Both the position numbers and the translations under genes were made by a program. The notes under the pieces were generated by a model. The model searched no databases. It was not told where the DNA came from and saw only the letters and a list, made by a program, of their open reading frames with translations. From contig MU058000.1 in assembly GCA_013265495.1 (NCBI GenBank), positions 2,232,001 through 2,296,000 on the forward strand: 64,000 nt of DNA, written 5' to 3'. How positions within the stretch are numbered: position 1 is the first letter of the stretch; each line of letters opens with the position of its first letter. This DNA comes from Vicugna vicugna (taxonomy: Eukaryota). This document shows, in pieces, positions 1-11,535 of this stretch.

Positions 1-232
1 AGTGATAAATTGGGAGTTTGAGATTTGCAGATACTAACTACTATATATAAAATAGATAAACAACAAATTTCTACTGTATAGCACAAGGAACTATATTCAA
101 TATCTTGCAGTAACCTATAATGAAAAAGAATATAAAAATGACTATCTTATGTATATATATGATTGCACTATTATGCTGTACACCAGAAATTGACACATTA
201 TAAACTGACTATACTTCAATTAAAAAAACAAA
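1..232 (+). mobile_element. L1 LINE 3' UTR end (artiodactyl/camelid-type), truncated by window start
   Basis: 'gataaattgggagtttgagatttgcagatactaactactatatataaaatagataaacaacaa...gtaacctataatgaaaaagaata...ctatacttcaattaaaaaaa' is the typical recent artiodactyl L1 3' end with A tail; closely similar to copies at 3478-4097 and 24076-24488. Confidence 0.9.
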
Positions 233-234
233 CT

Positions 235-1020
235 TCTTCCTTCACTATATTCCTGTGGGACTCTGAATGTAAGCCCCACTTACTATCAGAGCTAAGTGAA
301 GTGATTTGGGGCCAGTCCCTCAGATGGCAGCTGTGAAATTAGGAAACTAGATTAGATCAACAAGCTCCTTCCAGGGAGATCCTGGAAACTTGATTTTATC
401 CTTGAAGTGAACCAGAGGGAGAAGATGGGTGAAGCACCCCCTGGTATCCCAGGGCTCCAGGGAGGAAAACAGTCAGCATCTCCGTGCATGTTAATTAGGA
501 GCTGGACCCTCAGGCTGCAGCTCAAAATGCACGCAGTTAAGCTCCTTCGGAGGAATGACTAACAAATGGGTTTTTCTGCCTCCTCTGCTCTGAACCCTGA
601 GGGCATAGCCACAGCAAGTAGGTTAAGAATTGCCTCTTTGTTCTCTATAGTCCTGTGGGACTCAAGAATGTAAGCCCCAGTGGCTTTCAGCCCTAGGTGT
701 TTTGGGGACCCATCCTTGGGATGGGAGCCTTGAAATTTGCAGTGGTGGGTGTGCTGTACAAATCCTTTACTCCTTGGTGAGAAGCTGGGAATTGGGGGTC
801 CCCTCCTGGTTGTGTAATGCTGTGTCGAGGATGGAGTTTATGGCAAGAGTGTGCGTCAGTCTGTTACACATTTTGATGTGGGCATGTGCTCTGCCACCTG
901 CTACATTGTAGTTACTCGGCTAGCTTCTGGGTCTTTCTCAGAAGGAATTGTTCCATGTGTAGTGTATGGTGCATCCACAGGAGGGGAAAATTCAAGAGCC
1001 TGGTATATTACATCTTGATA
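235..1020 (-). mobile_element. Old L1 5' UTR/promoter region, antisense
   Basis: Ends in '...catcttg' (reverse of the 'caagatgg' motif at L1 5' ends); contains a duplicated monomer-like motif 'tcctgtgggactc..gaatgtaagcccca' at about 251 and 651. Confidence 0.6.
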
Positions 1021-1205
1021 AACAAAAAACAAAATCCCAAACTTTGCCATCTGCTCTCAAACGAGGCTTTAATTTATCTTCACAATATGATGTAGTGAAT
1101 ACCCTTGTCATGTCCATTTCAAGAATGAAAAGTCTGAGATTTAGAAACCCTCAAGTAGCTTGTTCAGACAAAGGTTAGCAAGGGATGAATCTAGCATTTG
1201 TGATG

Positions 1206-1557
1206 CCATGTTCTACCAATTCTAAGGTGCCCTTTTTTTTTTCCATTTTGCATCTCTGAAATCAGGATTCATTTCATGATCACTTTTAGTCAGACAGCAA
1301 AGGGATCACTTGTCATTGCCTGTCAGTGATTTAAACCTGGTCATAGCCATTCTCAATGTCATCCCTTCAACTGAGTTATGTACCTTGTTAAAACTACAGA
1401 TGTTGAGGGTAATTGCCATCTAAAATGTCTTCAGACATTGCATTATTCTACAGTTCAGCACTAAAACTAAAAGTTACAGTTTAGGCATTTTTTTTTCCTT
1501 TCAGTGTGGTACATAAAATAATGATGTATTTTACAGTTTAGATTGAACAAAATCCGA
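1206..1557 (+). mobile_element. TcMar-Tc2 non-autonomous DNA transposon (Kanga1/MER104-like)
   Basis: 5' end 'attctaaggtgc..tttttccattttgcatctctgaaatcaggat', internal 'taaaatgtcttca', and 3' end 'gtggtacataaaataatgatgtattttaca..ttagatt' match the recalled Kanga1/MER104 consensus. Confidence 0.7.
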
Positions 1558-3477
1558 TAGGTAGGTTTATATTAAAATCTCCAAAATCGGCATAATAATA
1601 TTGTTCTGGGTTTTTTTTTTTTCCGAAATGCTGATATGTGCTACTGCGTAAATGCCACAGAAGTGTACCTGCAATTATATTATTAAAAGAAAGATACATA
1701 CTTAAAAACAAAACAAAAGTGCTACATAAATAATTTGGTGTTGTTAAGCATGCAGACCCTTAATAAATGAATACAATATTTTCTCATTCAAGATAGTCAA
1801 GGAGAAACTGGATCAGCCAGTAAGTGGATTTTGGGAATATGCAAAGTCCATGCCTTCATGTATTTCAACTCTTTCTTTGTGTGAGCATAAAAAATTTCAG
1901 AAAAAGAAAAAAAAGATGTGTACTGAGAAGTGTGTTCCTTCTTCTAATAGACCAAGTTACTCAGACTTATGTCCAGCTTTTTAAGGAGCATAACTTGACC
2001 TTAGAAATTAAACTAAGTAGTTAAAATCTTGGTGTTATTTTAGGCAGATTCTCAGGGACAAAAACATACACAAACGCCTCAGAAAGATTTCACGTGTGGT
2101 AAATAACTGCAGATTAGCAAATCAAATGTTGTTTTCCACTAGCTTCTCTGCCTAGCAAATTTCTTTTACAACCTCTCTCATTCTCATATCGCTCTAATGA
2201 TATCTGTCCACTATTGATAATTAATCTAGATAATGACATCCCTGAATATGATGCCACATCTCTGGACACTGAAGTGTGTCCAACATGCCATTAAAATCTC
2301 ATTAAAACTTTATTTACCAGCCTCAAATTAAAAATAAACATTGGTTGTACATTGGAGAGAATAATGATCACCATGACCTTGGAACGTTCGTTCTCAAAAA
2401 CCTAAGGACTGAAGTAATGGTGAGCTAAGACCGGAATATTTGGCGAAGGAAATCTAACTAGTAACCTTGGCAAAAGAGCCGGAATATATGTAATTCCTTA
2501 TTTATCTTTAGCAAATACAGTTTAGGATGTTCCCTAAATAAAATACACTATCAGAAGAAAAGTTTTCTGAATTGTATTTTGTTTTTTTAAGAAGCCATGA
2601 ATATTAATAACTTAATATAAAATTTATTACATACCAAAGGGACTTTTACGCACTTTTAGCCTCCTATCTTAACTTTGGGTGTTCTAATTTTGGTGGGACA
2701 TCCTGGATTAAGTCTAGGTTGAATTTAAAGTAAATAGTTGCCATCTGGCAAACTACTGAAATAAGATCCCAGATGTTTTCATTTTTTTGGAAGCTAAAGA
2801 AATTTTGTAACAGAATTCCAGTTCTGTCTAATACGGGAGTTTATCTTCATCCTAGTGAGTTAAAAAAAAAAAACTACTAGTGTGAGCTAGTGAGTGTCTA
2901 TTTGCAGGGGGCCCAACCTACTTCTATGAGAGAATTGTTCCTAAGGTAAGAAATAGCTAGCTGTCATTAATTTAATGTAGATACCAAGCCTTGATGCTCA
3001 AAAAGAACAGAGAGTGTTTCTGAGCATAGCTCAATGGCTATTACTGAAATATTTTCTTTTCCTGTCTTTGAAGCTATGTAACTAAGTCCTTGAGGAAAAT
3101 AACTTCAGGTAACCACACTTGCACTGTGTGGTTAAGCCGGGGAATGCATTCCAAGCCACTCTTTCATCTTTTGTGACTCAAGAGATCAAATTACAGCGTA
3201 AAAGGAAAGATGGACTCTTCCTAGCTCTGCCATGAAATGTCACGCAGCTTTGATGACGTGAGTACTCAGTGGATCCCGTGGAAAAGCTGAAAAAGATACT
3301 ATACAGTGCAGCCAGTAAACAGAGCAATAGATGCACCTGCTATGACAATCAAAGGTGGCACCTCCCAACCCCAAAACCCACCCAGGGAACTACTGACCAT
3401 TTGGGGCATCAAGAGGGACCGTGGTGTACAAGAAAAGAGCCCTGAGGAATGATGTTAATGCCTGACTGGTAAAGCAC

Positions 3478-4097
3478 CACAAAATGTTCACAGCAGCACT
3501 ATTTACAATAGCTAAGACATGGAAACATCCTAAATGTCAATTGACAGGTGACTGGATAAAGAAGCTGTGGTATATTTATACAATGGAATGCTACTCGGCC
3601 ATAAAAAAGAATAAAATAATGCCATTTGCAGCCACATGAATGAAACTGGAGAATGGCATTCTAAGTGAAGTAAGCCAGAAAGAGAAAGAAAAACACCATA
3701 TGATATCACTTATATGTGGAATCTAAAAAAAGATATAGATGAACTTATTTATAAAAAGAAGCAGACTCACAGACATAGAAAACAAACTTAATGGTAACCA
3801 GGGTTGGGGAGGGGAAGGGGTTGGAAGGGATAAATTGGGAGTTCAAGATTTGCAGATACTAATATATATAAAATAGATAAACAACAAGTTTATACTGTTT
3901 AGCACAGGGAACCATAGTCAATATCTTGTAGTAACTTCTGGTGAAAAAGAATATGAAAATGAATATGAATATATGGAGAATATGATAATGAAAAATGAAT
4001 ATATGTATATTCCTATATGACTGAAATATTATGCCGTACACCAAAAATTGGAACATTGTAAACTGATTATACTTCAATAAAAAAACTATACATATAC
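3478..4097 (+). mobile_element. 5'-truncated recent L1 insertion (3' UTR) with TSD
   Basis: 'atgttcacagcagcactatttacaatagctaagacatggaaaca..cctaaatgtc' through 'tatacttcaataaaaaaa'; flanking direct repeat gtaaagcac at 3469-3477 and 4098-4106. Confidence 0.93.
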
Positions 4098-4745
4098 GTA
4101 AAGCACAGCCTGGGAATTCAAAGAAATGCTTGGAAGAAGGCAGAACTTAGCTGGGGCTAGCTGTGGTCAGCAGATACAGATGATCACTGTAAGCCAATGA
4201 CATTATGACACATATTAATGAGCCCTTATGTTATACATGGACTAGTGACATTTGAGTTATTAAATAATCGCACACCTTTCCTCTTCACAGTGCCCTAATG
4301 ACAATATCATGTTACCCCCAGATGTTATGCTGGAGTTCAGTCAAGATACTCTTAGAACACTGTTAAGAAAAGGGTTGGTTCAGGTGCAGGATGAACTGCC
4401 TCAGATGGATGTCTTTTGTGTCATGTAGGTACATGGTTAGGACTCATAGTCCTGTCTTTTTTGGTAGATTCTAAATATCAGAGTCAGAATGAAAGTGGAG
4501 CTGAGAAGGCGAGCCTGAGTTCGGTTAAAAAAAAAATGTAGAACTTAATCTGTGATGTTCTTCAGAATGCTCTATGTGCCAGGTTGTGGTTTATCAGCGT
4601 AACTCCCAGGCAGTCCAGAAGTTCTCAAAGATAGAAAATACTCATAGTGTAAACACTTTTCAGCCTAGGTTGCATCTTAAAGCTGTCAAGAACAAGGAGA
4701 TGAAATATAAGATTTACACACTGTCTGCTAAAAGTTAAGTCAGAA

Positions 4746-5467
4746 TGTGGTTTTCTTCCACACCAATGACAAATTCTCCAATTTTCCAACAAACAATGAG
4801 GTATCCAATAATTCAATTAAATCCTGACACTGTCTGGAGTTATCCCAGATCCCACAGATTGAAGGCTCAGTCTCACAAGACTGCCCTGACTTGCGACATC
4901 GGTTGCAAGTCCCAGGGGCCATCTACACTTTTGATACATCAACTATATTCAGGAGTCCCCATAGCCACTCCTCAGTTTTGATAACCTGCTAGAATGGCTC
5001 AGAGAAAACCACTCTACTCAGGAAATCGTGTTAGTTAACCAGTTTATTTTAAAGGATACAACTCAGGGACACATGAATGTAAAGAATGCATAGGACAAGA
5101 TGTGGGGCAGGGGTTGGTGTGCTGCCTTCTCAGCACATCACTGTGGCCAACCTGGAAGCTCCTTGAGCCCCAACATTTAGAATTTTTTATGGAGGTTTCA
5201 TTAACGTGGGCATGATTGATTAAACTGTTGGCCATTGATAACTGACCTTGATCTCCAGTCCTTTCTCCTTCCCTGGAGGTCTGGAGGTGAGGCTAGAAGT
5301 CCCAGCTCTCCAATCAAGGCGTGGATTTTCTGGTTACCTGCCCCATCCTGAAGGTATCCAGCTCCCATCCCTCACCCTCCCAACAGTTACCTCATTAGCA
5401 TGAAAGCAACAGTAAATTCCCTGGGTGTTAGGAGCTCCATGCCATATTAATTTTTTATTACACTACA
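4746..5467 (-). mobile_element. Solo LTR, MER21-like
   Basis: 'attcaattaaatcctgacact..ctggagtta..cagatcccacagattgaaggctcagtctcacaagactgccc' and 'tttttatggaggtttcattaacgtgggcatgattgattaaa..ttggccattg' are hallmark MER21 segments in antisense. Confidence 0.8.
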
Positions 5468-6992
5468 GAGGGGAAGGATAATGTCTCACTATAAAATACT
5501 GCGTAGAGGGGAGGAATACATTATAACATCCAGATAGTCTCTCTGAAGGCAGTGAGGAACTATCCACTAGCACCCGGTATATAATAGACACAGACTTTAA
5601 AACTTTGCCAAGTTTATTTTTAACTTTTGTTCCTCTTACGTGATTATGAGTAAAAACCAAAGAGAATAAATATTCTGAACACTGAAAATATATCTTTCTG
5701 GACAAAGAGAAAGAGGAAAGAAGGGAAGGCACTTCATCCAAAATTAGACTTATGGTAAAAAAAAAAATACAGAAAGCAGAACCTGTGGTTACCATTTCAA
5801 AAGAAGCAGCAGCAGGCAGAGTTCTGAGGCTGTAACAAGAACGCCAAGGGGATTACATAAAGCCGCATATATAAGGGGAGTGGAGAAAAGTCATCTTTCC
5901 AAAAGAAAAACCTATGTGGGTTCCTCTCGTGATTTACTGCTCCATCTGGTCTTGCATGGTCAAACCAGCAGTATTCAAACATTATAAAAGCTGGCTTTTG
6001 TGTAACGGGCTCAACTGTCAATTTAACCAACTAAACTTAGATTCAAATGTTTTAACAAAAATGTTAGAGTAACTTCTGACATTTTTGACCATCAAAACAT
6101 CAGACAAGCCAAGCATACAGAATAACCCCAGATTAAATATGTGACACAAAATCAACAGCAAAGTAAAGGGGATCTCAACAAAGCAGAGATCTATAACCTT
6201 GCACCACATTTCTTCTGTGTAACTTCTAAAATACGAAGTTTGAAAAAATATACATTTTGTTTCCTTTTAATATTATTTTTTAAAAAGTCATGTTTACACT
6301 ATGGGACACTTTCTAAAAACTATTAAATAGAAATTCTTGGAAATTTTTACCAATTGAATCATTAGATTAACACTGGTAATAGCAAGTCATAATTGTAAAA
6401 GAATTTTTAAAAACTAGGTTACAAAATAACTATAAAAGAGGCTGAAATACAATTTATTATCGAACAATAAAAATTAAATTTACTAGATTAATATGGGCTT
6501 TTGGAATTTATTTAAGAAGTGGGAATAGTAAAATATAAAATATTTTTATTAATCAGATATTAGAGTCCAAAATGTAGTTATTTTTGACTTAAATGTATGT
6601 TTATAATCCCTTAAAGTCTAGATATGTCAGTGATTTCTGCTTTCTTATCCATCTCCCCCGAACTTTCACTTTGCTGAAGGAAGACGGTAGATAAGTGTAA
6701 ATGTTTTAATACATTCTTCTAAAATGCTCCCTGCATAATTCATTTTTATTCTCAGGGTCTGTTGGACCAATTTAAAATGCCAGATGAAATTTCTTAATGC
6801 CTCAGTGATTCACAGTTGTACAATTAAATCACACAAAAATAGGATAAAATAATAAAAAAGGAAACACCCATAATGAAGAGCTTTAACTTTTTAAATACCC
6901 AACATATTGGTTCCAGAAAGAATTCCAGGTTGGGTGAAAGGATATTTGTTTGACAATCTCCTTATAAATAATAAACCTCAAAATAATGTTAC

Positions 6993-7052
6993 CCGTTCTT
7001 ACAGCATCTGTGTGTAATGCCACCGTTCTTACAGCATCTGTGTGTAATGCCA
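6993..7052. repeat. Perfect 2 x 30-bp tandem duplication
   Basis: ccgttcttacagcatctgtgtgtaatgcca at 6993-7022 and 7023-7052, identical. Confidence 0.98.
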
Positions 7053-7929
7053 TGCATCTCTCTGCCAGTAAGTTAAGAATTTCAGAGAAACGACCTATTA
7101 GTTCTGTATGCATGTATATTTGCATCGTGAAAACAGAAAAGGTAACCAACATTTGATTCCACTTTAGCTTTGATTTCCTTGTTCAAACTGCTACTTTTTT
7201 CGGGGGTTGGGGGGTGCAGTTGATATAAAAATAGGACATTTTCTGGCACAAACTCTTTTCTCTCCAAACACTACTATAATATTCCCTTGTTCCTCTGAAA
7301 ATCCCTTAGCTTAGTAAGGCTCAAGGAATTTATAGTCCAAGGAAAATAAGCATATGATTAAGTCACAGGCCTCCCCAATCTAACCAGACAGAAGTAGGCT
7401 GAGCCTCGGCATGAGTGGTGAAGAGAGGGCCTCTGCCTTAAGATCTTCTCTCTTTACCATCGGTTTTGGGAAATACATGTAATATGAAAATTTGAGAATC
7501 CAGGTCAAGATGATGCTATCAGTAATGATCAAGTCAGTTGAAGGAATTTAGAAACTGTGAGATGCAAGAAACACACTTCAATATAGCTTTGCTGCAAAAT
7601 TCTCAGCTTTTCAGGGCTTTAGGGGATAAAGAGAATATAGAATGGGAAAAAGGAAATGAAAAGTCACCACTTAACAGCAGGAAGTAAGGAAAATTATTTG
7701 GAATATATTTTGATACACTTGACGATAACGGAGCGTGTAAATTGAATTGAGTTCAAAGCTGAGCTGAGTGATAAAGCTCAAAAAGCCACTGCATTTTATT
7801 TATCTTTGCCTCTTATAATCTAAACTAAAAATACTATACATGTGTATAGAAAACAAGATGTTCAAAGATGTTTCAGAATAATTACCTATTTTTGTCTCCA
7901 TAAATGTCTTGCAGAATTGTGGAGATTTT

Positions 7930-8065
7930 AGTGATTACCATTTTGCAGATGAGAAAACAGTAGAAATAAATCAAGATCTTTGGAAATCACATGACGAGCT
8001 GTGACAGAGCTGGAACTCAAATGCAGTTTTTCTGAATCTCAGATCCAGACTCCTCTCGCTGTAAT
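7930..8065 (-). mobile_element. MIR SINE fragment
   Basis: 'ccattttgcagatgagaaaac...tcacatga..gtgacagagctggaactcaaatgcagt..tctga' MIR core. Confidence 0.75.
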
Positions 8066-8489
8066 GCACTAGATGTAATGCATTGCACGTTGTTACTTTT
8101 CAGAAAGAAATCAGAGAAAAGTAAAAATCTTTTCAATGTCTTTCGAGAATATTTTGTTCAACTTGTCCCACGATACGAATGAGTAGGTATACAACCTTGG
8201 CCAAGGTCCTTTTCCATGGTTTTGGAGTCCCAGGCCCAAGTGCACTTTTGAAAATGTTTTTGCATGGAAGACTGAAGGTTTTCTTTTTTCTTGCATCTAT
8301 TAGGAGAATAAATATATTTATACATATGGATATATATGAAACTGAAATGAGATAGTGTAAATGCATGGCACATATTAGGCAGTGACTATTTGAAAGCAAT
8401 TATAATGGGTAATCACTTTCCATTTCACAAATGAAAGGATGCCCTATGCTTTCTGATAACTTCTTTTCTAGAGTCAAATATAATTCCTG

Positions 8490-9000
8490 TGTTGGAATGG
8501 CCGAAGTGTTGCCTCCAACTCTGTGACACAGTGACACCTAAATTCCTTGTTAGAATACTATGGTAAAAATCAGTGTTTGCTTTGTTGTGTATTATTTTTC
8601 AAGGAGAGAAGATGTGCACAGGAACACAGATGCAACACACCACTAACTGTTTGGGAAACTATGACAGACAGACAAGTCCCAGAGGGCGCCTGGCTGCAGA
8701 GCACCCCCAGCCCGGAGAGGATGTGTTTAGGCTAGACGTCCCTACGGAAGCAGCACAGAAGCACTTCGCACAGAGATTTCCCACGTGTCTGTAGCACTCT
8801 CACCTTTCATAATGAAGGGAAGGCGAGGGGTAGCTGGTGCTTACGTAGCAATGGCACCTGCTGGTCCAAGAAAGGGTCAGGTTAGAAAGGAAGGCCCCCC
8901 GAGCCCAATTGATCTAATGGTTATTCCCTGAGTTAACTCAGATCTACTTAGACTGCTCTTTGCTCAGTTCCAGAAAATACAGAAGAAATGAGTCTCTGGG
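8490..9000 (-). mobile_element. Possible ancient LTR remnant (family unresolved)
   Basis: GC-richer island starting 'tgttgg', LTR-like composition, 'ctaatggttattccctgag..aact..a'; no confident family match. Confidence 0.3.
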
Positions 9001-9197
9001 GACATCTTTATTTGTCTCTCCACGAATGGTTAGCTTCTAGGGCAATTTTGCTTCACATTTTTCTTATTAAAAGGAACGTGTCTGCTATGAAGACAGAGAA
9101 CAAAGCCCATAATCTTAACCAGTCCAACATACTTTGGTGTGCTGTTACACCATCTCGTGGGGGCCAGGGTTTTGGGGTGACGGAAGATCTGATTTGG

Positions 9198-9341
9198 AAT
9201 ATTTGCCAATTTCCATGGTAGAAACCACTGCTATTATTGCTGATTTCAAGCTACTGACATGATGTCACTGGATGTGGCATTGAAAAGAGCCACACACACA
9301 GAACTCTTGCCAGCTGGGAGGAGCCAGCCTCACTACACCAT
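9198..9341 (-). mobile_element. MER63-like hAT-Blackjack fragment
   Basis: 'tttgccaatttccatggt..gatttcaagctactgacatgatgtcactg...gagccagc..cacca' is the reverse of the MER63 5' end. Confidence 0.75.
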
Positions 9342-9479
9342 AGGGGGGAACATGTAATATGTCGCCAAGACTGGTACAATTTTTGTAGTTAAAGGGGTAC
9401 TGTTAATATTTAAAGAGGGATGACAGATGTAAATCAGGACAGGTCCAAACAAGTGGGGACATATAAATGCTGCAACCCT
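9342..9479 (+). mobile_element. MER94-like hAT-Blackjack MITE
   Basis: About 138 bp with aggg...accct ends and internal 'aaaggggtactgttaat...gacagatgtaaatcaggacaggtcc...gggacatat'. Confidence 0.7.
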
Positions 9480-11487
9480 AATAGAACACAAGTATCTGGA
9501 AGACAATCAAGGAACCTTCCTGACATAACCCACACCTTCAAAATTCTTCAGGTTTGGTTGGAATGGGAACTGTAAGAGTTCAATGAAGTTTTGTAAATTA
9601 CTTTTCTTCCTGGATTTTGAATGTAGAGTGAAGTTTCATAGGATAAAAGAAACTTCCCACCAACCCCTCCCCAACCTCCCAACTCCCAAACTTCCCTTGA
9701 AGAGACATTGCTTTAATTTTGATACTTATTTTCACTGGAACTGTCCAGACTCAGTCATTTTTGCCGTCTCTGGTTGTTCAATTTGGCTTTGTTTCAAAGT
9801 GTGAGGTCCCCTATAAATTTCCAATACTACTGAACAATTTCTCCTTTTTCTCTTTCCTTGTATGTTATAATGACTAGAATTGGTTCTGTTGCTTGTTACC
9901 CTCAACACAGTGGGATTGTTGGGATGAAATAAAATGAAAAAGAAAAAGTTTCTGTGTCTTCAGACACACTCTGGACCACAGATAAGACTGCTGGAAATGC
10001 AAATCCACGCAATCCCACCGAAATTCCAAGCACTCCTGGGAGGGACGGTGTGGTTAGAAAATTCTGTAAAGAAAATTTAAGAACATATTTGTGTAAATTG
10101 TCTTAAGCAAGCAAAAACAAATGTTCTTTATGGGGACAATTTTACAAATCAGGATTAGGTCAAGTATTTGAAGACATTTGTCCAGAGGTACAAAACCAGA
10201 TGAAAGAGACAAGCTTCCAATTCAGTTTCCGTTCGTTGCTCTTTCTCCTGGGCTCGCTTGTATTCACTTGATCGCACTTTTCAAAGGTGTCGAAGTTGGA
10301 TTTCTAGGTGATAATGTCAAGCAAATTTATTCAGCATATATATCTCATAGGACCAAAAATCAAACCTACTTATTTTTAGTTTAGTTTACCTCTTTGTTTA
10401 GAAATCCACTTTTCTGAGAATACATGAAAGGAAATTCTGTAACCTTTGTTTTTTCAACGATATGCCACAAAAATTCAATATAAGTGTATTTAAGAGAAAA
10501 ACTTTCCTAGACATTCAACCATTTATTCAACAATTATTTATTAATCTTTAATTTTTTTGGCTAGACGCTATCCTAAGAACTTATATTTATGAATGCATTT
10601 TGAGACTAGATTATGGCAGGAAATGCTGGCCCTTCCCCAACAGTGCAGGAAAGTGGTTGATCTCTCATCTCCATTGTGTAATTTCTTCTAGAACACTTTC
10701 TGGAGGTCTCCTTGAATCAGGCAGATGAGAACAAACAAGTCGTCATCGGTACACCTAGCTCCTCCTCAGATGCTCTCTCTTTGCTCAGATGATGTGCACG
10801 AGTGGAGGAGAAAGCACATTCCTCACTCCTCTGTTCTTCATGGAAATCGCCTTCCCCCCGTCCTCCAGGCATCTGGTGCCTCTACTGTGCTGAGGGAGAG
10901 AGGCTTACCCGGTTGTGGATACCGCTTGATGAAACTTCCTGGAATGGGCTGAATTAGTCTAATGAAAGTCCTGAGCACAAGAAATTGAGGATTTTTCTCT
11001 CTTCCCTCTTTTGGGTGAGAGGCAGCAACCCAGTGACTGCAGGCTGTGTTCACTCCACAAAATCAAAATTTATCACAAGTGGGCTTTCCCAAGGCCTTGA
11101 AGGGGGTAAGACTTGGGAAATTTGGAAATCTGTTTTGCTCTCCAATAAGCTACATCTCTTACTAGCTTTCCGATAATAGAGGTGCTACTTTCTCTACTTG
11201 CTGCTTCCTTTGTCTTATTTCTAAAGTTCAGAATTCCAGTAGGGAACTTGATTATTTTTCCACATACTAAGAATGATCATTTTCAATCATGGAGTTGTTG
11301 GATAAAGTTATAAGTATGCAGTGCATACTGTTGGGTTTTACAAGCAGCCAAAATGTCCCTATTTGACTACATTAGTTGCTGTGCGGAATTGTATCCTTTT
11401 GCCTTGGCAGTGTTTGGGTTGCTGTGTTTGGAAGACTCAGTATGAAAGTCTAACCTCTAACTCACAACGTTCTGCTGACCTTTTCAG

Positions 11488-11535
11488 ACACACAAATCAC
11501 AGTGAAAGACTGGCCTCATGCATTGCACAGAAAGG
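11488..11535 (+). other. Candidate 48-nt exon (host transcript unknown)
   Basis: Branch-like ctaac x2 and ctgac upstream, acceptor ccttttcag|, donor agg|gtaaga; length is a multiple of 3; non-repetitive context. Confidence 0.35.

Noticed and set aside
6993..7052. CRISPR-like 30-bp repeat
   Set aside because: Only two adjacent copies, no spacer, eukaryotic context, no cas genes
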